This document shows positions 12,533 to 25,523 of a DNA stretch of 64,000 bases, one piece after another. Source of the DNA: Felis catus (Eukaryota); contig NC_058368.1 in NCBI RefSeq assembly GCF_018350175.1, positions 33,730,001 to 33,794,000 of the forward strand, in the 5' to 3' direction. The first letter of the stretch is position 1. Every line of letters begins with the position of its first letter. A model generated the notes under the pieces. That model made no database searches, was not told where the DNA came from, and saw nothing but the letters and a program-made list of their open reading frames with translations. The position numbers and the translations under genes were made by a program.

Positions 12533-13704
12533 TTAAAATGTAGTATCAGCACTTAAAAGGATATCATATAGGTGAAATTTTTTGTTATGTATGCATGTAA
12601 ACACATGCTACCAAAATTAACCAGGGGAAATGTATGAATTTACTTCTGAAATTTAAACACATTTTGCGTAAACAACTTCCCTAGGGCATGACAAGTTCAA
12701 TTTTCAGTTTTCATTTAAATATTTTCATTTAAAATATTTTCAAGCATTTTTCCGAGGATACTTGGTGGAGACAGAACTGATATCATTTTGTTTGTTCATT
12801 TATTTCTCAATTCCCTATACTATTTGGAACCCGTGTGTCTTCTTAAGCTCACTAGATAAGAAACATACATTTTCCCCAGGGGTAGTACACCTAGTAGTAT
12901 TTAGCAGATCATTTTCCACTGAAGGCCTAATATATACAACCATACTTTTACCCCGTATTACGTGCCTCTTAATTTGCAAGGGCAATCTCTCTCTCTCTCT
13001 TTTTTTTTGTTTATTAGCACAGTGAAAATTAATTTATCAAACTATATTGCAGTAAACTTTAAAAAGAATCCCAGTCCATATATAAGCAAAGTTTCTATAT
13101 GATCCTGTAAATTTAAAATGTTTTTTATTAGCCATGATGCGCTACTAGCTGAACTTAAATATGTTACAAAGTTTGAGCAAAAACAAAGTAAAGAAGAAAA
13201 TTCCTGCTGTTTGTTGCCTTTTACTGTTTATTATTTTTATATGTTCAGAGACAAAGTATCACTTCCTGAAAAATCTCTCACGTGCACTATCATTGAAATT
13301 ATAAAATTATTTTGAAACACTATATTTTTAAATTATTTTGACTTAAATTTTCTTCCCTTAGACTTCTTTTTACTAGTTTCACTTCACAAAGCAACAACCT
13401 ATCGGCTTTTTTCTTTTACTTTTTTTTTTTTTTTTTTTTTAGCAACAGTCACATTTTTCTCTGTCCATGAAAGAAATATTTTCCCTTTCACAGGTTGTAT
13501 GAAGTAGGAGTACATATTATCTTTGCCCTTTCAAACAAGAAAAGGGCAAAATCTTTCAATGCATTTTTTTTTCTAATTGCATGCATTTTTCTTTATTTTT
13601 CTTTACAAGATAAGAATACAATAAGTTAACCTCTCCTAAAGCTGAGTTCCTTTGTGACACTGACTAAATCAACTCATATAGGCCCTCAGCAATTATATAA
13701 TTTA

Positions 13705-14600
13705 CTCTCACTCATTCAACAAATAATTAGTAAGCATTTACAACTTACTATAGGTGTAGTTCAGATTGTTTGGGATCTATAGAGTTGACAAGAGGAGATC
13801 TTTGCTTTCACGGTGTTTACAGCATGGCAAAAAGTCAGAAGAAGCGACAACATGTCATTAACTCTACCCCAATGGTACAATGTTAGAAAAACTATAGCGT
13901 AAATACTAGATAACTATTTTAAGAGAGTCAGAGTAGATGTTTTACAGAGGAAATAACGTTTGTATAAACTGTTATAGAAATAAGACATTTGGTACTCTTG
14001 CATTAAGTATAGATGGGGAAAGGTCATTCTAGGCTGTGGGAAGAATATGTGAAAAAGTGTATTTTGACAGTCCATTTGAAGACTTAAACATTCATCTATG
14101 TCTCTGGAAAATTAGATGCAATATTAAAAAATGAAGATTATGAGAAATATATAAAATTGTACTGCATATAACACACTGAGGTGTGATTTTACTTTAAAGA
14201 CAATGAGGAACTACAAGCTAATTTTAGGCAAAACATAAACATTACCTAAAATATTACTAGAATAATAGCAATAATGGAGAGAAATGTCTATATAAAATAG
14301 ATAATTAAGAGGTTGTATCCACATGTCTTGTTTAGTGTATAAAACAGATGAGGAAGATGGAAGGAAAAGAATTATTGCCAGCTTACAGGCATGCTTCTGG
14401 CTTGTTTCTGACAGGAATAGCATGCCATTTCAGAGGGCGGAAATCTAATATGATGAATTTGATAATTACGCGCAAAGTTAGAGATGAAGTGTCAAGTAAG
14501 GCTACTCACTAGAGACTGTTTATGAGCTCTTAACGTTAGGTGAAGTCATTTCTGTATATGCAGTTTCCCAGGAAAAGAGTATGAGGAGTAAAGAGTGTCT
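13705..14600 (-). mobile_element. L2 fragments
   Basis: CACTCATTCAACAAATAATTAGTAAGCATTTAC start and purine-rich L2-antisense motifs. Confidence 0.55.
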
Positions 14601-17128
14601 GGGTAATACGTGGAGGGGAAAACCACTCCATTAAAGAGGAGACAGTTTGGGAGTTTGTTACAAAGCGAACTCACATGATTCAGCAATTGACTCATAGGTA
14701 TTTACACAACTGATTGGAAAACTTCACACAAAAACCTGCACATAAATGTTTGTAGGATACCCGTCCATATCTCTGTGATAGCTCTCAGTAGCAAGCAGTC
14801 CAATCTATTCATACGGAGATGGTTCATTATCATTTATGAATATATTCTCATCAAAATTCTAGCCAAAAAATCCGCTGTTAAATTTTCACAAGGTAAGCCT
14901 TGTAACTTCCAGTCTGAAATTCAATAGTTTGAAACATTTACGTATTTTCCTACAGGTGAAGTAACAATTTCCTAGAACTGAAATAATATTACTAATTCTC
15001 CACGTTTGCTTTTTTTTTTTCTAGAAATCAATGTTAAGAAATGTGATAGTTCTTAACGTTTTGGTAAATCTAAAAAAAAAAAAAAAAAAAGAAAAAAGAA
15101 AAAAAACCAGTGACAATCTTGAGAAGATCCAGTTAGGTTCACAGACCCAGGCATTCATCAAAAAGTTAATTTTCAATTGAGACTGAGTTAAAATTTCGAG
15201 TGTTTGAAAGCTGGCTAAAAAATGATTTTGCTTGTATCACCCATTCTTTAAAGGTAAAAACTTTTGGTTCAAAACTTTTGGCTTAGGATCTATGGTCTTA
15301 TATAAGACAAGTAGTCAAAATCATGAATAGCATGTAGAGAAAACTAAGATTCCTCTTTGTGTCTTTGTTGTTAAAATAAGGAAAATCCATCAATTTCTTC
15401 AAGAATTCTTCTCAAATATGCTGTCTGACTTTACCCAGAGAAGAAACTGTGCATCTGACACAGCTGTCACAGGGCGGTTTGATTCTGCCCCTTCAAACCC
15501 ACAGTTTACTCATTAAAGGTATACTTCTGCAACTTACCCAATGGGTCTAAGAGTCAAGTAAATAACATTCCCAAAAATGTAACTCTTCTTAGAGTTGTGT
15601 TGTGACAGTTCATACTTTCCTTAAAATCGAGTAATATTTAATGATTCTGGGATAGAAGAGACTGCACACATTTGAATGCATATTTCTTTCTCCTCTCTAC
15701 CTTTAATGAATCATAAAATATAATACTCCCTGGGTTATATGAGCCAAGGAGCCCATCCCCCACACCATTCGTTGATGGCTTATTCATTTCACGATTTCCG
15801 CAGGCAGTATGTCAGGCTTCACCAGCTCCACAGAGATTGCCAAAAGAGAAAGCCCTTAGTGTTTTATGTCCATAAAACATATTTTATGAATAGGTTCAAA
15901 CTGCTTTAATAATCTATCACGAGGAGTTTGTGCCTATCCTTAAGTGATTATATCATATCATGCTAGACATTACTATAAGAATATGTATTATTTACACGGC
16001 AGAGCTGAATAGCCAAGAGTAAAGTCAAAGAAAGGCAAATAAATTTTAACTGTTACTCTGTTCTGCTCTAAAATGGCTGGAATTCTGTACGATCTTCCTT
16101 TTATTTCTGCTTCAAACAGACTGCCTTTTTTTCATGCAGCAACCTCTCTTCATTCAGTCTCCTCTTGGCACAATAATTTTCTTTATGTACCCTCAAGTTC
16201 ATGAATAATAACGATGCTAATGTTTAACATATTCTTTCATCTCTAAACCAAGTTCATATTCTTGAGTTTGTTCTCATCCTTCAGTTAAGGGGAAAGTTAA
16301 TTACCGCATTCAACTTTGGGAAAATATTTACTCAGAGTAAGTGCCTCTCATTAATAAGTTGAGAATTCTTCCAAATTTACCTTCCCTTAATTTCATATAG
16401 CATTTCTATGTGAAATAGTCTCTCTCTGCTACAGGATGATTGGCGATGATGATGGCGGGGGATCGTGGTGCTGTAGCTGATAGCGGTAACAATAATGGTG
16501 ATGCTTTAGGTGATTTACAGAGATTGACAATGCTGCAAGGTTTGGGTCCTTATTCCTACTTTTCCTACTTCCCGTCATGCCCCCACTCTGGTTCCTGATT
16601 TCTATTTTAAAAACTTCTCATCTTAAATTTTGTGTTTCTAATTTTCAAATACCTTTACTGATTTTAATTTTATGCTTTAACAATTTTTTTAATCTAAGAT
16701 ATGGAAACAATTTATGATCTAGAGAACTCCGTTTGAATTTTTAGTGACAACTGAGTTTTTTTTTTCTGTGATCCCATTAATAAACTCTATGTTTCATGTA
16801 TTGACTATGGGGGTTTTTGAGAGTTCTACTGTAATATGTGGATTGAAATCAGAATGAAAAAAAAACATGGAATTATAAAAAATAAAAATTAAAAAATTAA
16901 ACAAATATAATAAAGATATTCTATTAAAAGCTATATTAACCAATGTTAATATATTCCTAAGTTTCTTTGTTTTTATCAACTCAGAAAAGTAAAGTTAAAT
17001 GACTGATTTCAACAGCATCTTTTAGAAATACATTTTTTTTTAATTCAAATACTTGCAATAAAACTGAACAAAAGTGGAAGCATGGCTGACATGTAAGCAA
17101 CTGTAATATTTTAGGTTGTTGATAGAAT

Positions 17129-17136
<8 letters not shown>

Positions 17137-17168
<32 letters not shown>

Positions 17169-17183
17169 TGTATTTACATATAT

Positions 17184-17226
<43 letters not shown>
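17137..17226. repeat. (TG)n and (CA)n microsatellites in inverted arrangement
   Basis: (TG)~15 at 17137-17166 and (CA)~19 at 17189-17226. Confidence 0.95.
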
Positions 17227-17229
<3 letters not shown>

Positions 17230-17383
17230 GTAGTAAAAACTTCCATTAGATTTGGTTAACTTAATCAAGATACGTCCCAGATATGGAACTTAAATCTCAT
17301 TATTAAAGAAACAGCTCCGTTTCCGTACTACCACATTGCTTTGCAAAACACTTTCCCATAGGTTATATAAATAGAAAACCTGA

Positions 17384-17588
17384 GGGGTACCTGGGTGGTT
17401 CAGTCGGTTGGGCGACTGACTTCGGCTCAGGTCATGATCTCACAGTCCGTGAGTTCCAGCCCCACGTCGGGCTCTGTGCTGACAGCTCGGAGCCTGGAGC
17501 CGGTTTCAGATTCTGTGTCTCCCTCTCTCTCTGACCCTCCCCTGTTCATGCTCTCTCTCTGTCTCAAAAATAAATAAACGTAAAAATA

Positions 17589-17620
<32 letters not shown>
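17384..17620 (+). mobile_element. Can-SINE (SINEC_Fc type) with (TAAA)n tail
   Basis: Full structure; TSD TAAATAGAAAACCTGAGG at 17368-17385 and 17621-17638. Confidence 0.97.
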
Positions 17621-17623
<3 letters not shown>

Positions 17624-18064
17624 ATAGAAAACCTGAGGCAAATGTCCATATTATTCAAACAAATGAATGATGTTTTACTTACCCTCTTATAGCTGGGTAC
17701 ACTCTAGAGAAAAGTCTGTTCATGATTATTCTTGATTATTAAAAAAGTTTATTCTTCGTAATGCAATGATTTGTTACTTATTCTAACACCAACCACATTG
17801 CAGCAGGAGCTTTTCCTCTCTTTCATCTCTATGGATTTGTATACAGGATCATGGACACATATTTAGGGAAAGACTTAATAGTTTATATTGGCCTAGTATT
17901 AACTTTCAACAAAAAATAAATTGTTTCTGTTCTGGAAATAATGTAGCTATAAAATATATCCTGATATTGTGGAGACATTTTAAAACTTTCATATTTGCTG
18001 TCAACTCATAGATGGCTTCATCTTTAACTCCTTTCAACAACAGAAGGGATAAGTGATTGTTGGG

Positions 18065-18263
18065 GGAAGGAAGGAAGGAAGGAAGGAAGGAAGGAAGGAA
18101 GGAAGGAAGGGAGGGAGGGAGGGAGGGAGGGAGGGAGGGAGGGAGGGAGGGAGGGAGGAAGGAAGGAAGGAAGGAAGGAAGGAAGGAAGGAAGAAAGAAA
18201 AGAAAAGAAAGATGAGAAAGAGTGAGGGAAGGAGGAAGAAATGGAGGAAGGGAGAAAAAAGAA
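18065..18263. repeat. Polypurine compound microsatellite (GGAA)11(GGGA)12(GGAA)9 plus GA-rich tail
   Basis: Directly counted from the sequence. Confidence 0.97.
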
Positions 18264-18811
18264 ATTAAGAATAAATCTATTAGTTTCATAAATTTGGAAA
18301 ACCTGATCTCTGCATGTTACAATGTCCTATTCTGCTCTAAAAACTTGGAAGACTCCACAAATATAATGAAAAACTACCCTTAAATGATATAAAATGTCCA
18401 CAAATTATTAATAGTGTGATTTTGAAATTATACATGAGTCATGTTCAAGAAGATAATTCTTATAAATTATATAAACTTAACACGCATTGCAACTTTAAGA
18501 GTATCAGTAGAAACTACCTTAGCTCCACTCATGAGTTCAGCACCTTACTAAGTAAACGGCATAAGAACAGCTGTAGAATATGAGACGATCCGTCAGGTAC
18601 AGATTCTGCAGCCAAGCCCTTAAAATATATCAGGTTTTCACCTTACACTTAGAAGATAAACACACATGCAACACAAAAAACCATATCAGGTAAATTCCGT
18701 ACCCTTTTAAAAGTCATGATAAGGACAATGGGTTATATAATGTTTACTATGTCCAGTCTTTGTTCCATGAACTTGATACATATTATATCACTAAATTTTC
18801 ATTACAACTTT

Positions 18812-19170
18812 GTGTCAGTTCTGGAAGGCTAAGCTACCATAACAAAAATAGACGCCCAGCATTTAGTGCCAGCACAAAAATAATTTCTTTTTGATGTAAC
18901 ATTTCAAGTCAATTAAGGCTCGACATCACAGTGACTCAGGGACTCAGGCTGAGGAAGACTCTCTCATCTTCAACAGGTGGTCTGCAAGACTGTCATTGTC
19001 ATTTTCATTCCATTCAGCCAGAAGGCAGAAATGGAATGAAGCACTGGGAAAAGCTCCTGGCTAGCTTAGAAGTGACGTATATCACTCCCACTTACAAGCC
19101 AATGAGTGAGTATTTCAGCGAGAAAGCGAGTGGCTGTAGACCAGGGAAGCAGGATCACGGTGTGCATTAA
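18812..19170 (-). mobile_element. MLT1-family (MaLR) LTR fragment
   Basis: TGTGTCAGTT...GGCTAAGCTACCATAACAAA...GTGACTCAGGGACTCAGGCTGA. Confidence 0.6.
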
Positions 19171-19199
19171 CATGGTGAGCCCTTCAAGAAAGGGCTGGA

Positions 19200-19294
19200 C
19201 GTTTCAGATTCTGTGTCTCCCTCTCTCTCTGCCCCTCCCCTGTTCATGCTCTGTCTCTGTCTCAAAAATAAATAAATGTTAAAAAAAAAAAAAA
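19200..19294 (+). mobile_element. 5'-truncated Can-SINE
   Basis: Only the CT tract and poly-A are present; perfect 14-bp TSD AAGAAAGGGCTGGA at 19186-19199 and 19295-19308. Confidence 0.93.
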
Positions 19295-20757
19295 AAGAAA
19301 GGGCTGGAGGGAGAGATCAGGACTATATCATTCAGGGTGTTACTAACTGTGTTAGAGAATCTCACAAATAATATTAATGGACTTTTTATTTTAAACATAG
19401 TAAAAGAAAGGATTTCAGTAAAGAATGACATCAAACTTTTTGCATTTGAAAATACTGATCTTTCTCCAAAATAAATGTTTTATTTTAGAACCTATAGATT
19501 TATAGAAAATTTGTCAATATACTACAGAGTTCCCACATACCTCACACCCATTTTCCCCTATTATTAATTCATTACGTTAGTATGGTATATTTGTCACAAT
19601 TAATGAAGTCTAATTTATCTTTTTTTTCATGAATTTTGCTTTCAAATTTTTATATTTGTTTATCTCAATAGTCATTTAAAACTCTGGTTATATAAATGTC
19701 CTCCTGTGTTATCTCCTAAATATGGGCTTGCAGGAGTGAAATTGGATATTTCAGTTAGGAGAAACACGATGATGGTATGGAAGTTTTGTGATACTTGAAA
19801 AAGAGAAGAGTGGACATATTTGACATATATTCATTTGCTGACAAACTGTTACTGTGTATCTGTTCATTACCCAAGATAATTAAGTGCCAATATAAGTTGG
19901 CCTTTAATTACTTATTAACATAGAATAAGGGTGATGAAAGATGAATATATGAAATTTATCAGACCTTCCCAAATTACACTGTTCATGTTGCCTTTCATTG
20001 AGTAAAATGCAGGCTCCTGGAGGGGGAAAAGCAAAACAAGTATTTCTTGGAGAGCAGGGAATTCATGCTCCCAGAACAGATGGAAGAATCCAGCTGATCA
20101 TTTTTAATTACCTGTAGAGAACTTTTTACTTTACTTGATGAATCACTAAGACTGTAGTTACTTTATTATCCCTTTATAAAATTGTTTCCTGTTTATGTCC
20201 TTACTGCCAACAAATACGTGAAGTTTATGATTTTCATATTCTAAAGATAGTAAGGGAAAAAAGAAAAATATAAGAGGAAAGATTGGAAAAAAATAAAAAT
20301 AGTTTGAATGTTTAACATTACCGGACATAGGTCTCTGGTTCACATTGTCGTTTAATATACTACAAGGAAAGCATTTGAGGTACTCACATTTGACATTTTT
20401 ATATCTATTGGACACATATTTATCATTTCTTCAATTAAAATTCATTAGATATATGGTGCCCATTATTTTAACAAATGCATACTCAGAAATAATATTAAGC
20501 ATTCAATTATAAACACTGATGTGAAAATAAGCACAAATATAATATCAAAATCACTCAGGAGGAAAATTAATATGGCTAACTACAGAAGAGGATACATTTT
20601 AGACAGGGAGATGGTTAAGCATCAGTCTGAATATTATAGAGAAACGTCCTCCAATTTTCCATAGCAAGAGAACATCAGGAAATTTATCTAAATGAGGAAC
20701 TCGGTGTTCATTATTTATTATTTGAGTTGATTCTCTTTGTCTCTCTCTCACACGCGT

Positions 20758-20793
<36 letters not shown>

Positions 20794-21297
20794 CACACAC
20801 ACATACTTCAACAACATAGAGAACTGAGACAATTGGTAATCAGAAAATTTCTCTAAAAAATGTCATTAATAACCACATACTTGGTGCTTGAATCTCACAG
20901 GTCTTCACACACATAGCATTTGCCAATGTTAATGGACTACATGAGGTTTACACAGTTGTTTTCTATTTTCTTCATAGATACTAATTTTATCTATTTCCCT
21001 TCTATGTCTCTTATCAGTCATTTATATTTTATGGTAAATATAAAGTACTAATATTCACTGTAGACTTGGAATACACAGAAACAATTAAAAGCAAAGAAAA
21101 ATTAAACTACCCTCACAAAAGCAGTGAGTTGAAACAGTTTTTCACCTCATTCATTCCCATTGAGTAGTGGCTATTTTCAACATTTTTAAATTAGATAGGA
21201 AAATAGTTTTCTCCCTGAGCTTTCATTCAGATGTGTTTATTAACAAGATTTGACTTCAAATATTACTAGCAAAATATCTTCCTTAGCAGTCATTCAA

Positions 21298-21561
21298 GAG
21301 GGATGAGAGGATGGGCAAAATGGGTAAAGGGGATTAAGAGGTAAAAGTTCAAATTATAAAATAAATAAGCTATGGTGATGAAAAGGACAGCACAGGGAAT
21401 ATAGCCAATAATACTGTAATAACTGTGTATGATGAGGACAATAACTATACTTCTCATGGTGAGCCGTGCATAATGCAGTGCATAGAACTGTCGAATCACT
21501 CTGTTGTACGCCTGAAACTAATATAACATTGTATGTCAGCTATACTTTAATAAAAAAAAAA
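21298..21561 (+). mobile_element. L1 3' end (carnivore L1_Carn/L1MA9-like) with poly-A
   Basis: GGGAATATAGCCAATAATACTGTAATAAC...CCTGAAACTAATATAACATTGTATGTCAGCTATACTTTAATAAAAAAAAA. Confidence 0.85.
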
Positions 21562-22620
21562 CTTTCTGTTTATATTTCCATGAATTAGTATTTATGAGAA
21601 AATGAACGTAAAGAGGTTGGGACAGAATATGATGTCAATGAAACCTACAATAGAAATACCACTTTTCTTTATATTGTGGCAACTAGGAAGTGTTTTGTTT
21701 TGTTTTTTTCTTGTAGCACATCCTTATACGTTCTTTCACTCTTTTCAGGATGCTGACCATGGAAGTAGGAAGAGATAAACAAATATATACGTATTTTTTA
21801 TTATATCTTATTTTCCAGCATTTGAGATTCTTATTTTTATTTTATAAGATTTGTCATCATTTTCCTGTTGGCTTTTTCCCCTTGATTTCATGCTTAGAAA
21901 CTCCTTGCTTGACTATAGGTATATGTTTTACTGCTAGTTTCTTCTTGCTGTTAATATTAATAATTTCCCATTTATTTTTTATATTGTGTGAGACTAAATT
22001 ATTTTCACATTCTAGTTAATTTTCCTGATATTAATACATAAAGTATCCCTTCATCATTCCTTTATAATGCTGCCTATATGATGACATTACACATTATTTC
22101 TTAGAATCAAGTTTTGCAGAGACGACTTTGTACTATTCAGCCTATCTCTGGATCAGTTACTAATATCATCTGCTTTTACATTCTTGTTCTGCCATCTCCA
22201 TTAATGCTATCTTCTCTGGATTTTTATTCTTGGCTTTGTTTCTTGAGGATTTTCATTGGTTCGTTGATTCATCCCTCCATTTTTAAGCACCTGTTCCACA
22301 TCACAGCATGTATTGGGTGCTAAGGAATACTGACAAAGACTCCAGGCAGTAGGACTACAAAGTGCACAACTAGCGGAGGAAATATCCAGCTAGCCTCCTA
22401 TGAGTTCATCTACGGTATAGCTAAAGTCTGAGTTTCTATAGCACCCTTTGCCTTCCCAAACATATTTCCTACTACTTATTAATATCTCATTATATATTTC
22501 TTATTAACTATTGCTTCCAGGTGGTCTGTGAGGCCACAAATATCTTCATGATAATATTTAAAATGATCACACCTTTTAACTGTGTTGACCTTTGTACTAC
22601 TGAAGCAAAAGTAATGTTGG

Positions 22621-22828
22621 AGGGTGCCTGTGTGGCTTAGTTGGTTAAGCGTCCAAATCTTGATTTGGCTCAGGTCATGATCTCACAGTTTGTTGGTTCA
22701 AGCCCCGCATTGGGCTCTGTGCAGACGGCATGGAGCCTGCTTGGGATTCTCTCTCTCCCTCTCTCTCGGCCCCTTCTCTGCTCTCTCTCTTTCTCTCTCT
22801 CGAAAAATAAACTAAAAAAAATTTTTTT
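22621..22828 (+). mobile_element. Can-SINE inserted in the Charlie1 relic
   Basis: TSD AAGTAATGTTGG at 22609-22620 and 22829-22840. Confidence 0.95.
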
Positions 22829-22977
22829 AAGTAATGTTGGGCAAAATTGTATGTACGTTGGCATGAATCAAGCCAACGGTACAAAAGTATCATGGAAATC
22901 ATATTCTTCACTACCACACCCTCCGATTCATTTTCTAAAGGGACTGTTTCATAGAATCATTTAAGAATGCCCTTGAT

Positions 22978-23201
22978 GGGGCACCTGGGTGACTCAGTCA
23001 TTTAAGCATCCAACTTCGGCTTAGGTCATGATCTCATGATTTGTGGGTTCAAGCCCTGTGTCAGGCTCTGTGCTGACAGCTCAGAGCCTGGAGACTGCTT
23101 CAGATTCTGTGTCTCCTTCCCTCTCTCTCCACCCCTCCCCCACTGGTACTCTGTGTGTCTCTCTCTCTCTCTCTCTCCCCCGCCAAATAAACATTTAAAA
23201 A
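22978..23201 (+). mobile_element. Can-SINE (SINEC_Fc type) inserted in the Charlie1 relic
   Basis: TSD AAGAATGCCC(T/C)TGAT at 22963-22977 and 23202-23216. Confidence 0.95.
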
Positions 23202-25039
23202 AAGAATGCCCCTGATAAAATAAGACAAAATATCAACTGTATTAAATCTTGATCTTAAATATACCTCTTTTCATTATACTGAAAAAAGATGAGAAGTAAA
23301 CATAAAAGAACATCTGTTGCATACCATATAACAGTTGTCTTGAGGAAAACACATGAGTGACTGCAGTCTGAGCTGAACTACTCACATTTTAATTGAACAC
23401 CAAAAGTACGACAGAGCTAAACTATGCAGATGTGAGTATTTGGCAGATATTTTCTTGAAAATAAACCAAGATAGTCACTCGAAGGAACACAAATGACAGT
23501 ATCTGATATCAATGTTAACATGCATGCTCTTAAGTGAAAATTAGAGTTCTGTAAAACTTGTGTCTGTCATGGTTTCTAAAGACTTAAAAACTTAAAAAGA
23601 AAAGTCTGGTAATTATATTAATGAACGTAATTCTTGGCTCTAAATTGAAATGTGCCAATACATGGAAGATCTCCATGACCAGTTAAAACTATTAAATATG
23701 TATTTTAACATGTTTTCAGTTTTAATTTCTACCACGGACACTATCCACCTAAATTACCCAACTAGACTAAGAACCTTTGGCGTCATCAATTGTTTTAAGA
23801 GTGTAAAGAGTTTCTGAGTTCCAAATGTTTATCTACAGGATAAAGCCCAAGCTCTCAGACTGTTATATCAGCACTAGCACAAGCTTCTCAGAAATTTCAT
23901 GTTTTCCTTCAAATATCATAGACACTAAATAAGCAAATCTACTGAAATGCTTTATCCCTGCATACCTCCATGCAATCTTTCAATATAATCTTTCATAATA
24001 TAATGTAGTCTCTCTTCACCTGACATGTTTCCATTTATATTACAAAAAAAATATTTAGATGTCATCTACTCATCCTGTTCCCTCTACCCATCCAGATATG
24101 GAATAACTTACATCTCATGTTGATTCCCTCAATACTTTGTAATACACCTATTATCATATATTTTAAATTGCACCAGTGTTCCGTGCCTTTTTTTGTGCTG
24201 ATAAATGGTAGTGGACTGTGGGCCATTTGGAAAAACCAACTTTGGTGTATTTTACACCAAAACACCAGGTTTGCTGTTTTACCTTATGCTAGGGTAGCTA
24301 GCACATAATGATTAAAAATAAACTACTGAATTTTATTGGTGAATCCTTCCCAGAGCTGAGATTAGGCATCAACATTTATTTGAAAAATAAAAAGTATATT
24401 ACTTTTAAATTAGGATACACAGATACCCTTGAAAATTGAGTAATAGGAGTGTATTTTAGGTTATAACATAGCTTTATATTCCAGAATGTCAGCACCTTTC
24501 TTCTTGCTTTTTTAAGGTTATGGTAGCCATAACTTGTTTGGTAATGGATAATATGTTGGCTCCTTAAAAATATATGCTTCCGTGTATTCATGTGCAATAT
24601 GCTGACTGTCTCATTTGATGCACTATTAATCCTAGAGTGGCTACTATTTGATCTTTATTTCCGTTTATTATAGAAATCAGAGTGTTACACAAATCGTCAA
24701 AGTATGCAGCCTCTTTTCTATCTGCAACATTGAAAGAATTGAAGTTGCTGATGTCAGTTTCATAGAAGGCTTCTTTTCTAAGATGTAAATATAGCTCACA
24801 TTGAACCTGAGATATGTTTCTATAGAAAAGCACATTGCTTACAAAACTTACTTTTCAGTGTGGATGTGTACAAGTTAATTTATAATGTCAGCAGTGTCTA
24901 GTGCCTAATGTACATGACGGATGCAGTTTTTCAGCTGCATAAATATAGTAACTTATTATTAAAGTTATGCGGACGTGAATGGTTTTAGCCTAACATTTAC
25001 CCAGCTTTATTCTGGTGGAGTCTCTGTGATGTTCCTCGG

Positions 25040-25523
25040 GTGAATGTTCCTTCCTCATTCTCAGTATTTGGCCACTTTCAGAACTGGCTCACATCCAAAC
25101 TCCCGGATCACAGAACACAGCCAAGTGGTTGGCTACAGTGGTTGATTCAGGGATAGGTATGTTGCAGCCAAGTCAACAAGAACGGTATAGAGTCTATTAC
25201 TTGAAATATTTGTAAAGAAGTTTGCTTTTTCCACTGAAGTTGCCAAAACACAAAGGTGGAATTCTGAAGCTGCTGATGGCTATATTTAATGACAACATTT
25301 GCAAAGAGTCTGCCTGGGAATCATGCCAAAGACAGGTAAGCGAGTCATAAAATAAAGAAAGATTAATTCCTAATGAAATATCTCAGTCCCTGGATCCAAT
25401 TGTTCCTGAAGCCAAAACAACCCCTGGACTTCCTGGTTGTATAAGATATTAAATTATTTCGCTTCTTAAAGGCAGGTTGAGTTGGGTTTCTGCTCTTTAG
25501 CTTTGAAAGTCATAACTAATACA
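25040..25523 (+). mobile_element. MLT1-family (MaLR) LTR
   Basis: CCCTGGATCCAATTGTTCCTGAAGCCA...GGTTGAGTTGGGTTTCTG...ACTAATACA end. Confidence 0.7.

Larger units (their letters stand above)
22515..23830 (+). mobile_element. Charlie1-family hAT DNA transposon relic with decayed transposase sequence, interrupted by two SINEs
   Basis: TTAAGAATGCCCTTGAT, GTTGTCTTGAGGAAAA, GTATTTGGCAGATATTTTCTTGAAAAT, CATGGAAGATCTCCAT; 3' end TTTTAAGAGTGTAAAGAGTTTCTGAG. Confidence 0.8.

Noticed and set aside
12154..12543. 129-aa and overlapping Ile/Tyr/His-rich ORFs
   Set aside because: Products of the (TA)n/(TACA)n tract plus MER58.
16434..16485. ATGATGA...CTGA resembling C/D-box snoRNA motifs
   Set aside because: The spacing is too short, there is no terminal stem, and it sits in (GAT/GGT)-like low-complexity sequence.
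17906..18289. PSFL/EGRK repeat ORFs
   Set aside because: Translations of the (GGAA)n/(GGGA)n microsatellite.
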